Source: Micrococcus luteus NCTC 2665 (GTDB taxonomy: Bacteria > Actinomycetota > Actinomycetes > Actinomycetales > Micrococcaceae). Taken from it: a stretch of DNA of 32,000 nt. Location of the stretch: the NCBI RefSeq assembly GCF_000023205.1, contig NC_012803.1, positions 300,001-332,000 of the forward strand, written 5' to 3'. Numbering within the stretch: the stretch's first letter is position 1; every line of letters begins with the position of its first letter. A program made the position numbers and the translations under genes. Positions 1-12,223 of this stretch are shown piece after piece. Under the pieces are notes generated by a model. That model did not search any database. It saw nothing but the letters and a program-made list of their open reading frames with translations, and was not told where the DNA came from.

Positions 1-560
<560 letters not shown>

Positions 561-743
561 GCAGTGCTCCTAGGGTGCGAGCGGGACGCGCGGTGGCCGG
601 GGTTGGGGCCGGACGCGCGGAGCCGGGTGATCCGGTGCAGACCAGACTAGGGGCACGGGGTCCGGCAGGCCACGGGGCCGCGGGTCGTGGTCCGCGGTGC
701 TCTCCGGCCCGTCGCCCGCCGCACGGACCGGAGCCGGGAGCGC

Positions 744-1646
744 TCAGAGGATGTTGTCCTTGGACTCCTCCACCTGCGCGGCCGCGCGGAACGCCGTCAG
801 GTCACGCAGATACTCGTCCGCGTGGCGGAACACGGGCCCCTGCCCGGCCACGAGCATGACCCCCTCGAGGGGCTCGAACCGGGAGCGGCCCGCGTAGATG
901 TCCTCGCCGGCGTCGACCATGGTGCGCAGCTGCCACCACGTGGGGGCCATCAGGTTGACCTCGCCGGCCCGGAAGCGGCGCAGGAGCTCGGCGGGCGACG
1001 CCCAGCCGTGGCTGGCCGCCTCGGAGGACATCCGCTCGGGGGACTGGCCCTGCGGCAGGTGGACGGCGAAGAAGAACGTGTCGTAGCGGCGCGGGCCCCC
1101 GTGCGGGGTGATCCACCGGGACCACGGCACGAGCGCGCCGGCGTCGGGGCGCAGCCCCTCGCGGTCGAGCAGCTCCCCGAAGTCCACCTCGTGGCGCTCG
1201 ACGGCGTCGCGCAGCTCGTCGGGGAACGCGGCCACCCGGGCCGGGTCCACGGGGGTGCCGGTGTCGGCGTCCCGGGCCAGGAGCACTCCGGTCTCCTCGA
1301 ACGTCTCGCGGACGGCGGCGGCCAGCACGCGGCCGGCGCCGTCGGCGGGGTCGAGTTCCGCGAGGGTGCCGTGGGCGTCCGCGGGCTCGTGCGGCAGCCC
1401 CAGGCGCCGGCCCCAGTCGGCCAGATCCGTGCCCTCCCACAGCCGGTCCGGCAGGTCGTCCGCGGGGTCCACGCGGCCGCCGGGGAAGGCCGTGGCGTGG
1501 GCGCTGAAGGCCATGGTCCCGGCGCGGCGGACGGTGAACACCGAGGTCTCGCCGCCGGCCCCGGGCCGGACCAGCACGAGGGAGGAGGCGGGCACCGCCG
1601 GGACCCGGGGCCGGTCCTCGGCGGCGGGCGGGGCGGCGGGGCTCAC
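744..1646 (-). CDS. NUDIX-family hydrolase
   Basis: Lower part of ORF 744..2177. Contains FPGGRVDP ... AAVRETFEETGVLL (Nudix box REtfEEtG). The most plausible start is GTG at 1646, preceded by GAGGAGG; the ORF upstream of this is antisense to etfB. Confidence 0.8.
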   Translation of the reverse strand: MSPAAPPAAEDRPRVPAVPASSLVLVRPGAGGETSVFTVRRAGTMAFSAHATAFPGGRVDPADDLPDRLWEGTDLADWGRRLGLPHEPADAHGTLAELDPADGAGRVLAAAVRETFEETGVLLARDADTGTPVDPARVAAFPDELRDAVERHEVDFGELLDREGLRPDAGALVPWSRWITPHGGPRRYDTFFFAVHLPQGQSPERMSSEAASHGWASPAELLRRFRAGEVNLMAPTWWQLRTMVDAGEDIYAGRSRFEPLEGVMLVAGQGPVFRHADEYLRDLTAFRAAAQVEESKDNIL

Positions 1647-1779
1647 GGTGCCTCCTCGGTTCGGGCGATCATGGTCCGGACGCACGGGCCGACGACGGCG
1701 GCCCCGTAGTCTGTAGCGTAAGTCACCGTGCTCGGGGCGGAGGCCCCGGGGCGAGACCGCGACCCAAGGAGGAGAGGCC

Positions 1780-2562
1780 GTGAAGATCCTGGTGCTGGCC
1801 AAGCAGGTGCCGGACACGTGGCAGGAGCGTGAGCTGAGCCTGGAGACCGGCTGGGTGGTGCGCGACGGCGCGGCCGAGCCCGTGCCGGACGAGATCAGCG
1901 AGCGCGTCATGGAGGTCGCCCTGGGCTGGCGGGACGCCGGCGCGGACGTCGAGGTCGTGGCCCTGACGGTGGGCCCCGAGGACTCCTCGAAGACCCTGCG
2001 CAAGATGCTGGCCATGGGCGCGGACTCCGCCGTGCAGATCACCGACGACGCACTCGTCGGCTCGGACGCCGTGCAGACGGCTCGCGTGATCGCCGCGGCC
2101 GTCGAGAAGGAGGGCGCCGACCTCGTGCTCGCCGGCACGGTGTCCACGGACGGCGGCACCGGCGTGGTGCCCGCCATGGTCGCCGAGCTCCTGGACCGGC
2201 CCTACCTGCCGCACGCCGAGGCCCCCGAGCTGGCCGACGGCGAGCTGACCGGCACCGTGGCGACCTCGGACGCGGACGTGCGCGCCGCCGTCGCCCTGCC
2301 CGCCGTGGCGGGCCTGACGGAGAAGACCGCGGAGCCGCGGTTCCCGAACTTCAAGAACATCATGGCGGCCAAGAAGAAGCCGCTCACCGTGCTGTCCCTG
2401 GCCGACCTCGGCATCGCCGCGGGCCCGGCCGAGGCCGCCTACCGCTCCGTGATGGTCTCGGCGGACACGCGTCCCGAGCGTGCCGCGGGCGAGAAGATCA
2501 CCGACGACGGCACCGCCGCCGAGCGGCTGGTGGAGTTCCTCGCGGGTCGGGGGCTCGTGTGA
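1780..2562 (+). CDS. etfB: electron transfer flavoprotein, beta subunit
   Basis: [14 protein letters not shown]... is a typical EtfB N-terminus, with a full-length 260-aa ORF. AAGGAGGAG sits upstream of the GTG start. Confidence 0.92.
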   Translation: MKILVLAKQVPDTWQERELSLETGWVVRDGAAEPVPDEISERVMEVALGWRDAGADVEVVALTVGPEDSSKTLRKMLAMGADSAVQITDDALVGSDAVQTARVIAAAVEKEGADLVLAGTVSTDGGTGVVPAMVAELLDRPYLPHAEAPELADGELTGTVATSDADVRAAVALPAVAGLTEKTAEPRFPNFKNIMAAKKKPLTVLSLADLGIAAGPAEAAYRSVMVSADTRPERAAGEKITDDGTAAERLVEFLAGRGLV

Positions 2563-3596
2563 GCGCGAACGTGGAGGAGACCGAGATGACGACGCAGACC
2601 GACGCCGCGAACAGCGGTCAGACCGTGCTGGTGCACGCCGAGATCGGCGCGGACGGCGCGCTCCGCCCGGTCGTGGCCGAGCTGCTCGGCGCCGCCGCCA
2701 CCGTGGGCGTGCCCGAGGCCGTCCTCGTGACCGGCGCGGAGGGCAGGGACGCCGCCGTCGCCCGTCTGGGGGAGTACGGCGCCACGCGCGTCCACGTCCT
2801 CGTGGCCGACGACGCCGCCACCACCCTCGGCGACGCCGCCGTGCAGGCCCTCGCCGCCGCGGCCGCCCGCACCGCGCCCGTGGCCGTGCTGCTCTCCAGC
2901 AGCCCCGAGTCCCGCGCGGTGGCCGGCCGCCTGTCCGTCCGCGCCCGCGGCCCCGTCTGCGCGGATGCCGTGGGGCTGCGCTGGGCCGACGACGAGGTCA
3001 TCGCCCGCCACTCCGTGTTCGGCGGCGACTACCTCAGCGAGTCCACCGGCGAGGGCGGCCCCCGGATCATCACCGTGCGCCCCGGCGCCGTCGCGGATCG
3101 GGCTCCGGCCGTCGAGGCGCCCGAGGTCGTGGAGCTGGCCGCCGCCGAGCTGGGCCCGGTGACCGCCGGCGCCCGGGTGCTCGAGGTGAACCCCCGCACG
3201 CAGAACTCCGCCCGTCCGCCGCTGCGCGGCGCGAAGACCGTCGTCGCCGGCGGTCGCGGCGTGGGCTCCGAGGAGGGCTTCGCGATCGTCGAGCAGCTCG
3301 CCGACGAGCTCGGCGCCGCCGTGGGTGCCTCGCGTGCCGCCGTCGACTCCGGCTACACCGCGGCCGAGCGCCAGGTGGGCCAGACCGGCGTGATCGTGTC
3401 CCCGAACCTGTACATCGCCCTGGGCATCTCCGGCGCCATCCAGCACCTGGCCGGCATGAAGACCGCCAAGACCATCGTGGCGATCGACAAGAACGAGGAC
3501 GCCGAGATCTTCGAGCACGCCGACTTCGGCGTGGTCGGGGACATCTTCCAGGTGGTCCCGCAGGTCATCGAGCAGCTGCGCACCCGCCGCGGCTGA
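2559..3596 (+). CDS. etfA: electron transfer flavoprotein, alpha subunit
   Basis: The C-terminal FAD-binding region is typical EtfA: [19 protein letters not shown]...[11 protein letters not shown]...[32 protein letters not shown] 2559 overlaps the etfB stop (GTGA). The alternative start ATG 2586 has a GGAGGAG Shine-Dalgarno and may be the real one. Confidence 0.92.
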   Translation: MSANVEETEMTTQTDAANSGQTVLVHAEIGADGALRPVVAELLGAAATVGVPEAVLVTGAEGRDAAVARLGEYGATRVHVLVADDAATTLGDAAVQALAAAAARTAPVAVLLSSSPESRAVAGRLSVRARGPVCADAVGLRWADDEVIARHSVFGGDYLSESTGEGGPRIITVRPGAVADRAPAVEAPEVVELAAAELGPVTAGARVLEVNPRTQNSARPPLRGAKTVVAGGRGVGSEEGFAIVEQLADELGAAVGASRAAVDSGYTAAERQVGQTGVIVSPNLYIALGISGAIQHLAGMKTAKTIVAIDKNEDAEIFEHADFGVVGDIFQVVPQVIEQLRTRRG

Positions 3597-3604
3597 ACCG
3601 GTGC

Positions 3605-3631
3605 GGGCGCGGTCCGCTGCGGACCGCGCCC
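3605..3631 (+). terminator. perfect 11-bp GC hairpin (GGGCGCGGTCC-gctgc-GGACCGCGCCC) just after etfA; terminator or attenuator candidate without a U-tract
   Basis: Read directly from the sequence. It sits 9 nt after the etfA stop and 6 nt before the GAGGAG of the next gene. Confidence 0.35.
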
Positions 3632-3648
3632 CTCGGACGAGGAGAAGC

Positions 3649-5298
3649 ATGCCCAAGCAGCGAATGGCCGGTTACGTCCCCCTGAAGGGCGCCCCGGCCG
3701 AGACCGAGCCCGCCCCCGCCCCGGGGCAGGACACCACGACGGCGGCCCCCGCCCCGGCGCAGGACACCACGACGGCGGCCCCCGCCCCGGCGTCGGCCCT
3801 GACGCCCCTGTCCGCGCGACGCCGCATGGCCGGGTACGTCCCGTTCGCCCGCGAGGCTGAGTGGCTCGGCGGGGCCCCCGCCCCGGCTGCGGGCTCGACC
3901 CCGGCCGCCGCTCCGGCGCGGCCCGCCGCCCCCGAGCCGATCGCCGCCTCCGCGTCCCCGACGCAGGCCCCCGCACCGGCGGAGACCGAGCCCGTCGTGC
4001 CGGACGTGGCGGCCGTCGTCGCCGCCGCTGCGACCGGTGCGCCGGCCGCGGCCGGGGTGGGCGCTCCCGTGGAGTCCGACCTCGTGCCGCTCGCGGAGCG
4101 GCGACGCATGGCCGGGTACGTGCCGTTCGCCCGGGAGGGGGAGTGGTTCACCGAGCTGGCCGCCGTGGGCGCCCCCACCGCGCCGGAGACGGTGGCGCAG
4201 GAGGTCGTCGCACCGGAGCCGGTCGTCGCCGAGCCCGCGGCCGCGGCGCCGGCCGCGGAGCCGGCTCCCACCGCGCCGGACACCCGTTCGGCCCCGCCGG
4301 CCTCCGCCGCGCAGCCGCCCCGGGCCGCCCCCGGGGCCGCCACCGGCACGCCCGCTCGGGCAGCGGAGACGGACGCCGCCGAGTCCGCCGCCCCGTCCCG
4401 TCTGCGCAAGGCGCTGCCGGCGGTGGCCGGCGTCGTGGTGCTGGCGCTGCTCGCGGTGCTGGCCGGACGCTGGCTGCGGAGCCTGGACCCGGTGGCGGAC
4501 TTCATCGCGACCTACGACGGGCACCCGGTCCTGCCCGAGGGCACCCCCGAGGGGATGCCCTGGTGGATGGGCTGGCAGCACTTCCTGAACATGTTCCTGA
4601 TGGTGCTGATCATCCGGACGGGCCTGCAGATCCGTCACGAGACACGGCCTCCGGCCAACTTCACTCCGACGAAGGACGGCCTGTTCTCCGCGCGGGGCAA
4701 CACCCCGAAGAAGTTCTCGCTCACCATCTGGATGCACCAGGCCCTCGACGCGCTGTGGCTGCTCAACGGCCTGATCTTCGTGGTGCTGCTGATCGCCACC
4801 GGCCACTGGGCGCGGATCGTGCCCACGGACCCGCACGTGTTCCAGCACGCCCTGTCCGCCGGCATCCAATACCTGTCCCTGGACTGGCCCACGGAGAACG
4901 GCTGGGTGCACTACAACGCGCTGCAGATGCTCTCCTACGCGCTGGTGGTGTTCGTGGCCGCCCCGCTCGCCGCCCTCACGGGCTGGCGCATGTCCTCGTG
5001 GTTCCCCACGGAGGCCACGGGACTGAACAAGGCGTTCCCCATGGAGGTGGCCCGCAAGGTGCACTTCCCGGTGATGGTCTTCTTCGTGGCGTTCATCCTG
5101 GTGCACGTGTTCCTCGTGGCCTTCACGGGCCTGCTGACGAACCTGAACCACATGTACACCTCGCGGGGTGGTGCCACCGACGCGTGGGGCCTCGTGGTGT
5201 TCCTCGTGAGCGTGGCGGTCACCGCCGCCGCGTGGTTCTTCCTGAAGCCCGCCTTCACGGCCCCCGTGGCCTCCCGGTTCGGCACCGTGGGCCGCTGA
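3649..5298 (+). CDS. membrane protein: ~255-aa Ala/Pro-rich N-terminus carrying three RRMAGYVP(F/L) motifs, fused to a cytochrome b561/HyaC-like (di-heme b-type cytochrome) multi-TM domain
   Basis: ORF 3601..5298; ATG 3649 is preceded by GAGGAG. The C-terminal half has about 5 hydrophobic helices with conserved His ([17 protein letters not shown]). Two His lie 14 residues apart in one helix ([19 protein letters not shown]), as in bis-heme b cytochromes. Confidence 0.75.
   Translation: MPKQRMAGYVPLKGAPAETEPAPAPGQDTTTAAPAPAQDTTTAAPAPASALTPLSARRRMAGYVPFAREAEWLGGAPAPAAGSTPAAAPARPAAPEPIAASASPTQAPAPAETEPVVPDVAAVVAAAATGAPAAAGVGAPVESDLVPLAERRRMAGYVPFAREGEWFTELAAVGAPTAPETVAQEVVAPEPVVAEPAAAAPAAEPAPTAPDTRSAPPASAAQPPRAAPGAATGTPARAAETDAAESAAPSRLRKALPAVAGVVVLALLAVLAGRWLRSLDPVADFIATYDGHPVLPEGTPEGMPWWMGWQHFLNMFLMVLIIRTGLQIRHETRPPANFTPTKDGLFSARGNTPKKFSLTIWMHQALDALWLLNGLIFVVLLIATGHWARIVPTDPHVFQHALSAGIQYLSLDWPTENGWVHYNALQMLSYALVVFVAAPLAALTGWRMSSWFPTEATGLNKAFPMEVARKVHFPVMVFFVAFILVHVFLVAFTGLLTNLNHMYTSRGGATDAWGLVVFLVSVAVTAAAWFFLKPAFTAPVASRFGTVGR
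3712..3792. repeat. 33-bp tandem direct repeat, about 2.45 copies, one mismatch
   Basis: Units are 3712-3744, 3745-3777 and a partial 3778-3792 (gcccccgccccgg[g/c]gcaggacaccacgacggcg). In frame it encodes [11 protein letters not shown] / [11 protein letters not shown] / APAPA. Confidence 0.9.
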
Positions 5299-5335
5299 GC
5301 CGGCCCCACGACGGCGACGCCTCCTCCTCCCGGGA

Positions 5336-5407
5336 CTTTCGAACGTGATGTCGGGGGAATGAGCGCTTTCGAACGTGGGGTAGGCCCTATCTCACGTTCG
5401 AAAGCGC
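5336..5407. repeat. three copies of CTTTCGAACGTG; the last two form a perfect 15-bp inverted repeat with a 15-nt loop (likely bidirectional terminator between convergent genes)
   Basis: Direct copy at 5336-5347. GCGCTTTCGAACGTG (5363-5377) pairs with CACGTTCGAAAGCGC (5393-5407). The element lies in a locally AT-richer gap between the stops at 5298 (+) and 5432 (-). Confidence 0.8.
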
Positions 5408-5431
5408 CCGGGTGCCCGGGCGTGCGGGGCG

Positions 5432-6424
5432 TCAGCTCCGGGTCGCGCGGAAGGTGACCTGCACCTGGACCATCGGCTTGTCGGCCACGGGGACGCCGTC
5501 GGCGCCGACCGGCACGAGGTCCACGTCCACGAGGCGCAGGGACCGGCCGGCGTGCCGCACCCGCGTGAGGGCGACCATCTCGCCGTGACCCGGGCGCACG
5601 AACACCACGCGCACGGCCTGGACGTCGTAGCGCTCGCGGTCCGGCATGGCCGCCTGCGCGGCGGTGACCGCCCGCAGCGTCATGGCCCCGCCGTGGACTG
5701 CGCCCGACGGGTTGGCCAGCTCCGGCTTCGGGGCGAAGCGGACGCCCACGGTCGGCGCGGCGGCGACGGCGGGGCGCGCGTCCGGATCGGCCGTCGGCAG
5801 CGACTCGGGGCGGGCGGCCAGCAGCCCCGGCATGGGCACGCGGGTCTCGGCCCCGCGGGGCAGCCGTCCGGTGGCGACGAACTCGGCCATCCGCTCCTGC
5901 GCTCCGGCGGGCACCGACTGGAACCAGCCGGTCGCCTCGACCACGCGACGCCCGTCTGCGTCCTCGAGCCACGCGCGGGCCACGCCGCCGCCGGCATCCC
6001 AGGCCAGCGGGCGGGTCCAGCACTCCAGCAGCGGGCCGTCCTCGTCCCCGGCCGTGACGGCGGCCGCGTCGAAGGCGGGCAGCGGGCCGAGCACGTTGAC
6101 CTGCAGCTCGGTGGTGACCACGGTCTCGATGTCCCGGGCCGCGTGGTGCACGGCCACCGCCGTGGCGTTGTCCATGATCACGGTGGCCGCCGCGCCGGTG
6201 GGCCGGCCGTCCAGGTCGAGGCACCACGGGCCGACCTCGAACGCGGCCGGGTTGAGGGCACCGTCCCGCTCGGTCATCAGCGCGTGGCGGCGGATGCCGA
6301 ACAGCTGTTCCGTGCGGCCGGAGGCATGGGAGCGGGGGCCGGTGGGCGAGTCCGCGGTGGGGCTGGTGGTGGTCTGCACGGGGAGCACGCTAGCCCACGG
6401 CCCGGCGGCGACACGGCAAGTCAT
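5432..6424 (-). CDS. PaaI/4HBT-type acyl-CoA thioesterase with two hotdog domains
   Basis: The C-terminal domain has NPSGAVHGGAMTL, a PaaI-type thioesterase motif; the N-terminal half is a second hotdog-like repeat. The start is uncertain. ATG 6424 lacks an SD but follows GATAAT by 10 nt, so it may be leaderless. Confidence 0.7.
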   Translation of the reverse strand: MTCRVAAGPWASVLPVQTTTSPTADSPTGPRSHASGRTEQLFGIRRHALMTERDGALNPAAFEVGPWCLDLDGRPTGAAATVIMDNATAVAVHHAARDIETVVTTELQVNVLGPLPAFDAAAVTAGDEDGPLLECWTRPLAWDAGGGVARAWLEDADGRRVVEATGWFQSVPAGAQERMAEFVATGRLPRGAETRVPMPGLLAARPESLPTADPDARPAVAAAPTVGVRFAPKPELANPSGAVHGGAMTLRAVTAAQAAMPDRERYDVQAVRVVFVRPGHGEMVALTRVRHAGRSLRLVDVDLVPVGADGVPVADKPMVQVQVTFRATRS

Positions 6425-6442
6425 TGGATGTCCTATTATCAT

Positions 6443-6458
6443 GGTGACGACAGTCACA
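6443..6458. promoter_or_regulatory. CRP/GlxR-like palindrome GGTGA-cgacag-TCACA (1 mismatch to TGTGA-N6-TCACA) in a divergent promoter region
   Basis: Read directly from the sequence, in the AT-richer 120-bp gap between the thioesterase (-) and the acyl-CoA dehydrogenase (+). Confidence 0.35.
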
Positions 6459-6544
6459 CCCTGTCGCCGCCCGCGGTGTCACCCCCGCACCGCCCCGTCG
6501 TGGACCGCCCGCGCGGCCGGACCGAGCCCCAGGAGGGCGAACCC

Positions 6545-7678
6545 ATGTTCTCCATCACCGATGACCAGAAGGCCCTGGTCGACGCCGTCCGCGACTTCGC
6601 CGAGCAGCGCGTCGCCCCGCACGCCCTCGACTGGGATGCCGAGAAGCACTTCCCGGTGGACGTCCTCGCCGAGGCCGGCGAGCTCGGCCTGGGCGGCATC
6701 TACGTGGGGGAGGAGCACGGCGGCACCGGCCTGGAGCGCACGGACGCGATCCTGATCTTCGAGGAACTCGCCAAGGCGGACCCGGCCTTCGCCGCCTACA
6801 TCTCCATCCATAACATGGTCGCCTGGATGATCGACTCCTTCGGCAGCGACGAGCAGCGCGCCCGCTGGATCCCCGACCTCGTGGGCATGGCGCACCTGGC
6901 CAGCTACTGCCTCACCGAGCCCGGCGCCGGCTCGGACGCGGCCGCGCTGAAGACCCGCGCCGTCCGCGACGGCGACCACTACGTCCTCAACGGCGTCAAG
7001 CAGTTCATCTCCGGCGCCGGCGCGTCCGACTGCTACGTGGTGATGTGCCGCACCGCCGACACGGGGGCCCGGGGGATCTCCGCCGTCGTGGTCCACAAGG
7101 ACACCCCCGGCCTGTCCTTCGGCCCCAACGAGAAGAAGATGGGCTGGCACACCCAGCCCACGCGCCAGGTGATCTTCGAGGACGTCCGCGTGCCCGTGGC
7201 CGACCGCCTCGGCGAGGAGGGCGACGGCTTCCGCATCGCCATGAAGGGCCTCAACGGCGGCCGCCTGAACATCGGCGCCTGCTCGATCGGCGGAGGCCTG
7301 GCCGCCCTGGACAAGGCCACCCGCTACCTCAAGGAGCGCAGCGCGTTCGGCGAGCCGCTCACCACCAAGCAGGCCCTGGTCTTCGAGCTCGCGGACATGT
7401 CCGTGAAGCTGGAGACCGCCCACACGATGCTCATGCGCGCCGCGGACGCCCTGGATCGCAACGACCCGGACACCGTGCGCCTGTGCGCCATGGCCAAGCT
7501 CGTGGCCACCGAGTCCGGCTACGAGGCCGCCGACACCGCCCTGCAGCTGCACGGCGGCTACGGCTACCTGCACGAGTACGGCGTGGAGAAGCTCGTCCGG
7601 GACCTGCGTGTGCACCGGATCCTTGAGGGGTCCAACGAGATCATGCGCATGATCGTGGGTCGCGGCCTGATCGGCTGA
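6545..7678 (+). CDS. acyl-CoA dehydrogenase (isobutyryl-CoA dehydrogenase-like by context)
   Basis: MFSITDDQKALVDAVRDFAEQ... with YCLTEPGAGSDAAAL and the C-terminal RILEGSNEIMRMIVGR, all ACAD hallmarks. AGGAGGG SD upstream. It sits next to the valine-catabolic genes. Confidence 0.9.
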   Translation: MFSITDDQKALVDAVRDFAEQRVAPHALDWDAEKHFPVDVLAEAGELGLGGIYVGEEHGGTGLERTDAILIFEELAKADPAFAAYISIHNMVAWMIDSFGSDEQRARWIPDLVGMAHLASYCLTEPGAGSDAAALKTRAVRDGDHYVLNGVKQFISGAGASDCYVVMCRTADTGARGISAVVVHKDTPGLSFGPNEKKMGWHTQPTRQVIFEDVRVPVADRLGEEGDGFRIAMKGLNGGRLNIGACSIGGGLAALDKATRYLKERSAFGEPLTTKQALVFELADMSVKLETAHTMLMRAADALDRNDPDTVRLCAMAKLVATESGYEAADTALQLHGGYGYLHEYGVEKLVRDLRVHRILEGSNEIMRMIVGRGLIG

Positions 7679-7713
7679 GGCCGGGGGGCCCGCCCGGTCG
7701 CCCCACACAGCAC

Positions 7714-7750
7714 GGCGCCCCGCGGTCACCACACGTGACCACGGGGCGTC
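7714..7750. terminator. 16-bp stem hairpin (1 mismatch, 1 wobble, 5-nt loop) between convergent genes
   Basis: GGCGCCCCGCGGTCAC-cacac-GTGACCACGGGGCGTC, lying between the stops at 7678 (+) and 7767 (-). Confidence 0.55.
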
Positions 7751-7766
7751 GTGCGTCGGGGCGGGC

Positions 7767-8954
7767 TCAGCCGAGCTGCAGCGGGTCCACCCCGGGCACG
7801 GGCTCGAAGTGTCCGGCCACGTCCTCGGCCGAGACGTCCTCGAGCCGGGCCGGGCTCCACGTCGGATCCTTGTCCTTGTCCACGAGCAGCGCGCGGATGC
7901 CCTCGGCCATGTCCGGCTCGCGCATCAGGTGGGTGCCGATCGTGAACTCCTGGCGCAGCGCGTCGGCCACGGTCAGGTCCGCTCCTCGCTCGGCCAGCCG
8001 GCGCTGGGCCTCGTGGGCCACGGCGACGGCGGTCGGGGACTTGGTACGGATGGCCTCGGCGGCCTTTCCCGCAGCCTCGGCGTGCTCCCCGCCCGCGGCG
8101 GCGCGCTCGTCCAGGGCGGCGAGGACCTCGGCGGCCGTCTCCCGGCCGTAGGCGTCCTCGATCCACTCCCGGTCGGCCACCAGGGCGGAGGCGGGCCGGG
8201 CGTCCTCGGCCACCGCGAACCGGGCCAGCACCTCGTCGGAGGCGGCGAAGGCGGCGTCGTCGCGCGCGCCCGCGTCCGCGGCCGAGCCGAGGGCGCCGAG
8301 CGCCGCGGCGAGGGCCTGCTCGAGCTCGTCCAGCCGGGCGGACTCCACGAAGACGTCCGCCAGGCCCAGGGCCACCGCGTCGGACCCGGAGGCGTGCGCC
8401 GAGGTCGCGGCCAGGTGCCGGCCCGCCTGGAAGGGTGCGCGGGCGAGGTGGAAGGAGCCGCCGACGTCGGGGGTGAACCCGATCGCCGTCTCGGGCATGC
8501 CGGCGCGCGTCCGCTCGGTGGCCACGCGGTGCGAGCCGTGCGCGGACACGCCCATGCCGCCGCCCAGGACGATGCCGTCCATGAAGGCCACGTACGGCTT
8601 GGGGTAGGTGGCGATGCGCTCGTTCATCGCGTACTCGTCGCGGAAGAACTCCTCGGCCTCCGCGAACCGCCCGGCCAGGAGCGAGGAGCGCAGGGAGACG
8701 ACGTCACCGCCGGCGCACAGTCCCTTCTCCCCGGCGCCGCGGATCAGCACGCCGCGCACGGCGGGGTCTGCGGCCCAGTCGGTCAGGGCCGCGTCGATCG
8801 CCCGGACCATGTCCTGCGTCAGCGCGTTCAGGGCGCGCGGACGGTTCAGCGTGATGCGGCCGAGGCCGTCGCGGACCTCGAGGAGCACCTCGTCCGCCGC
8901 CCCGTCCCGTGCGGCCGTGGGGGCCGTCGTCGCCGTGGTCTGCGCGCCGCTCAT
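7767..8954 (-). CDS. 3-hydroxyisobutyryl-CoA hydrolase (crotonase superfamily)
   Basis: Crotonase N-terminus [15 protein letters not shown]...[11 protein letters not shown] plus an extended C-terminal domain ([31 protein letters not shown]), typical of HIBCH-type enzymes. The ATG overlaps the upstream stop (ATGA at 8951-8954). Confidence 0.85.
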   Translation of the reverse strand: MSGAQTTATTAPTAARDGAADEVLLEVRDGLGRITLNRPRALNALTQDMVRAIDAALTDWAADPAVRGVLIRGAGEKGLCAGGDVVSLRSSLLAGRFAEAEEFFRDEYAMNERIATYPKPYVAFMDGIVLGGGMGVSAHGSHRVATERTRAGMPETAIGFTPDVGGSFHLARAPFQAGRHLAATSAHASGSDAVALGLADVFVESARLDELEQALAAALGALGSAADAGARDDAAFAASDEVLARFAVAEDARPASALVADREWIEDAYGRETAAEVLAALDERAAAGGEHAEAAGKAAEAIRTKSPTAVAVAHEAQRRLAERGADLTVADALRQEFTIGTHLMREPDMAEGIRALLVDKDKDPTWSPARLEDVSAEDVAGHFEPVPGVDPLQLG

Positions 8955-9748
8955 CGGTGCTGCCACCGCGCCTCGCGCTTGGCCGCGAACGCGTCCATGC
9001 CCTCCTTCTGGTCCGCCGTGGCGAACGCGGCGTGGAACACGCGGCGTTCGAAGGCGATGCCCTGGGCGAGGGTGGTCTCGAACGCGGCGTTGACGGCCTC
9101 CTTGGCCATCCAGGAGGCCGGCTTGGACTTGGACGCGATGGTCGCGGCCACCTCCAGCGCCTCCTCGAGGGCCTTCTCGTCGGCCACCACGCGGGAGACG
9201 AGCCCGATGCGCTCGGCCTCCTCCGCCCCGATCATGCGGCCGGTGAGGATCATGTCCATGGCCTTCGCCTTGCCCACGGCACGGGTCAGGCGCTGGGAGC
9301 CGCCCATGCCGGGGATGACGCCGAGGTTGATCTCGGGCTGGCCGAACTTCGCGCCCTCGCCGGCCACGAGCACATCGGCCATCATGGCCAGCTCGCATCC
9401 GCCGCCGAGGGCGTAGCCGGTCACGCACGCCACGATGGGGGTGCGGGCACGGGTGAGCCCGTCCCAGCCGGCGAACCAGTCGGCCGCGTACATCTCGGAG
9501 AACTCCTTGGCGGCCATCTCCTTGATGTCCGCGCCGGCGGCGAACGCCTTGGGGGAGCCGGAGAGCAGGATCGCCCCGATCTCCGGGTCGGTGTCCAGCT
9601 CCTGCACCGCCGCGACGACGGCGCGCATCGTGGCCTCGTTCAGCGCGTTCAGGGCCTTCGGTCGGTTCAGCCGGATGTGGCCGACCCGGCCCTGCCGCTC
9701 CACGATGATCGGCGACTCGGCGCCGTCCGGGGTGGTCTGCTCGCTCAT
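8951..9748 (-). CDS. enoyl-CoA hydratase (methacrylyl-CoA hydratase by context)
   Basis: Classic crotonase sequence: [14 protein letters not shown]...[11 protein letters not shown]...[16 protein letters not shown]...[24 protein letters not shown] overlap with the mmsB stop (9745-9748). Confidence 0.9.
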   Translation of the reverse strand: MSEQTTPDGAESPIIVERQGRVGHIRLNRPKALNALNEATMRAVVAAVQELDTDPEIGAILLSGSPKAFAAGADIKEMAAKEFSEMYAADWFAGWDGLTRARTPIVACVTGYALGGGCELAMMADVLVAGEGAKFGQPEINLGVIPGMGGSQRLTRAVGKAKAMDMILTGRMIGAEEAERIGLVSRVVADEKALEEALEVAATIASKSKPASWMAKEAVNAAFETTLAQGIAFERRVFHAAFATADQKEGMDAFAAKREARWQHR

Positions 9749-10662
9749 GCCTCGCTCCTGTCCGTGTGTGATGCTCGGATGTCCTCGATGATGCTGGAAA
9801 AGTCGCGGGCGGCGCCTTCTCCAGCGGCGTACTCGGCGTACTTGGCCTGCGCGAGGCGGCCCAGGTCGGCCGCCACGCCCTGCTCGTCCAGGGCCGCGAG
9901 TGCGAGCCCGAGGTCCTTGGCCATCAGGGCGCCGGCGAAGCCGGGCTGGAAGTCCCGGTTCGCGGGGGAGCCGGGGACGGGGCCGGGCACCGGGCAGTTG
10001 GTGGTCAGGGACCAGCACTGCCCGGAGGCCTTGCTCATCACGTCGTACAGGGCCTGGCGCTGCAGGCCCAGGCGCTCACCCAGGACGAAGGCCTCGGCGA
10101 CGGCGATCTGCGTGATGCCCAGCACCATGTTGTTGCAGATCTTCGCGGCCTGGCCCAGACCGGCGGCCCCACAGTGCACGATCCGCGCGCCCATGACCTC
10201 GAGCAGCGGCAGCACCTCGGCGTACACCTCGTCCGAGGCGCCCACCATGAAGGCGAGGGTGCCGGCCTCGGCGCCCACCTGGCCGCCCGAGACCGGCGCG
10301 TCGGCCGCCCGCATGCCCGCCGCCTCCGCCGCCGCGGCCGCCTCGCGGGCCTCGGCGACGTCGATGGTCGAGCAGTCCAGGAACACGGTGCCGGGCCGGG
10401 CGGCGGCGAGCAGGCCGCCGTCGCCGTCCTCACCCCGGTAGACGTCCAGCACCAGGCGCCCGTGGGGGAGCATGGTCAGCACGACGTCGGCCTCCGCGGC
10501 CGCCGCGGCCGTGTCCGTGACGGTCTCGACGCCGGCCGCACGGGCCTTCTCGAGGGCCTCGGGGACGAGGTCGAAGCCGAGCACACGGTGGCCCGCGGCG
10601 GCGAGGTTGGCGGCCATGGGGCCGCCCATGTGGCCGAGGCCGAGGAACAGAACGGTGGTCAT
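9745..10662 (-). CDS. mmsB: 3-hydroxyisobutyrate dehydrogenase
   Basis: Rossmann N-terminus [20 protein letters not shown], with the [15 protein letters not shown] motif of the 3-hydroxyisobutyrate dehydrogenase family. AGGAGG SD upstream. Confidence 0.9.
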   Translation of the reverse strand: MTTVLFLGLGHMGGPMAANLAAAGHRVLGFDLVPEALEKARAAGVETVTDTAAAAAEADVVLTMLPHGRLVLDVYRGEDGDGGLLAAARPGTVFLDCSTIDVAEAREAAAAAEAAGMRAADAPVSGGQVGAEAGTLAFMVGASDEVYAEVLPLLEVMGARIVHCGAAGLGQAAKICNNMVLGITQIAVAEAFVLGERLGLQRQALYDVMSKASGQCWSLTTNCPVPGPVPGSPANRDFQPGFAGALMAKDLGLALAALDEQGVAADLGRLAQAKYAEYAAGEGAARDFSSIIEDIRASHTDRSEA

Positions 10663-10696
10663 GGGGTCCTCCTGGTCGGGACGGGCTGCGGGGCGG

Positions 10697-12223
<1,527 letters not shown>

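Noticed and set aside
561-743. Checked the sdaA leader (minus strand) for a glycine or other riboswitch because it contains GGAGAGCACC.
   Set aside because: Only the GGAGAG hexamer is present. There is no ACCGAAGGGGCAA or CUCAGG core. GC-rich palindromes there (CCGCGG-type) are more simply the terminator of the upstream NUDIX gene.
1712-1727. CRP-like sequence TGTAG-cgtaag-TCACC upstream of etfB.
   Set aside because: It has three mismatches to TGTGA-N6-TCACA, too weak to call from sequence alone. The overlapping TAGTCT/TAGCGT hexamers are more likely just -10 candidates.
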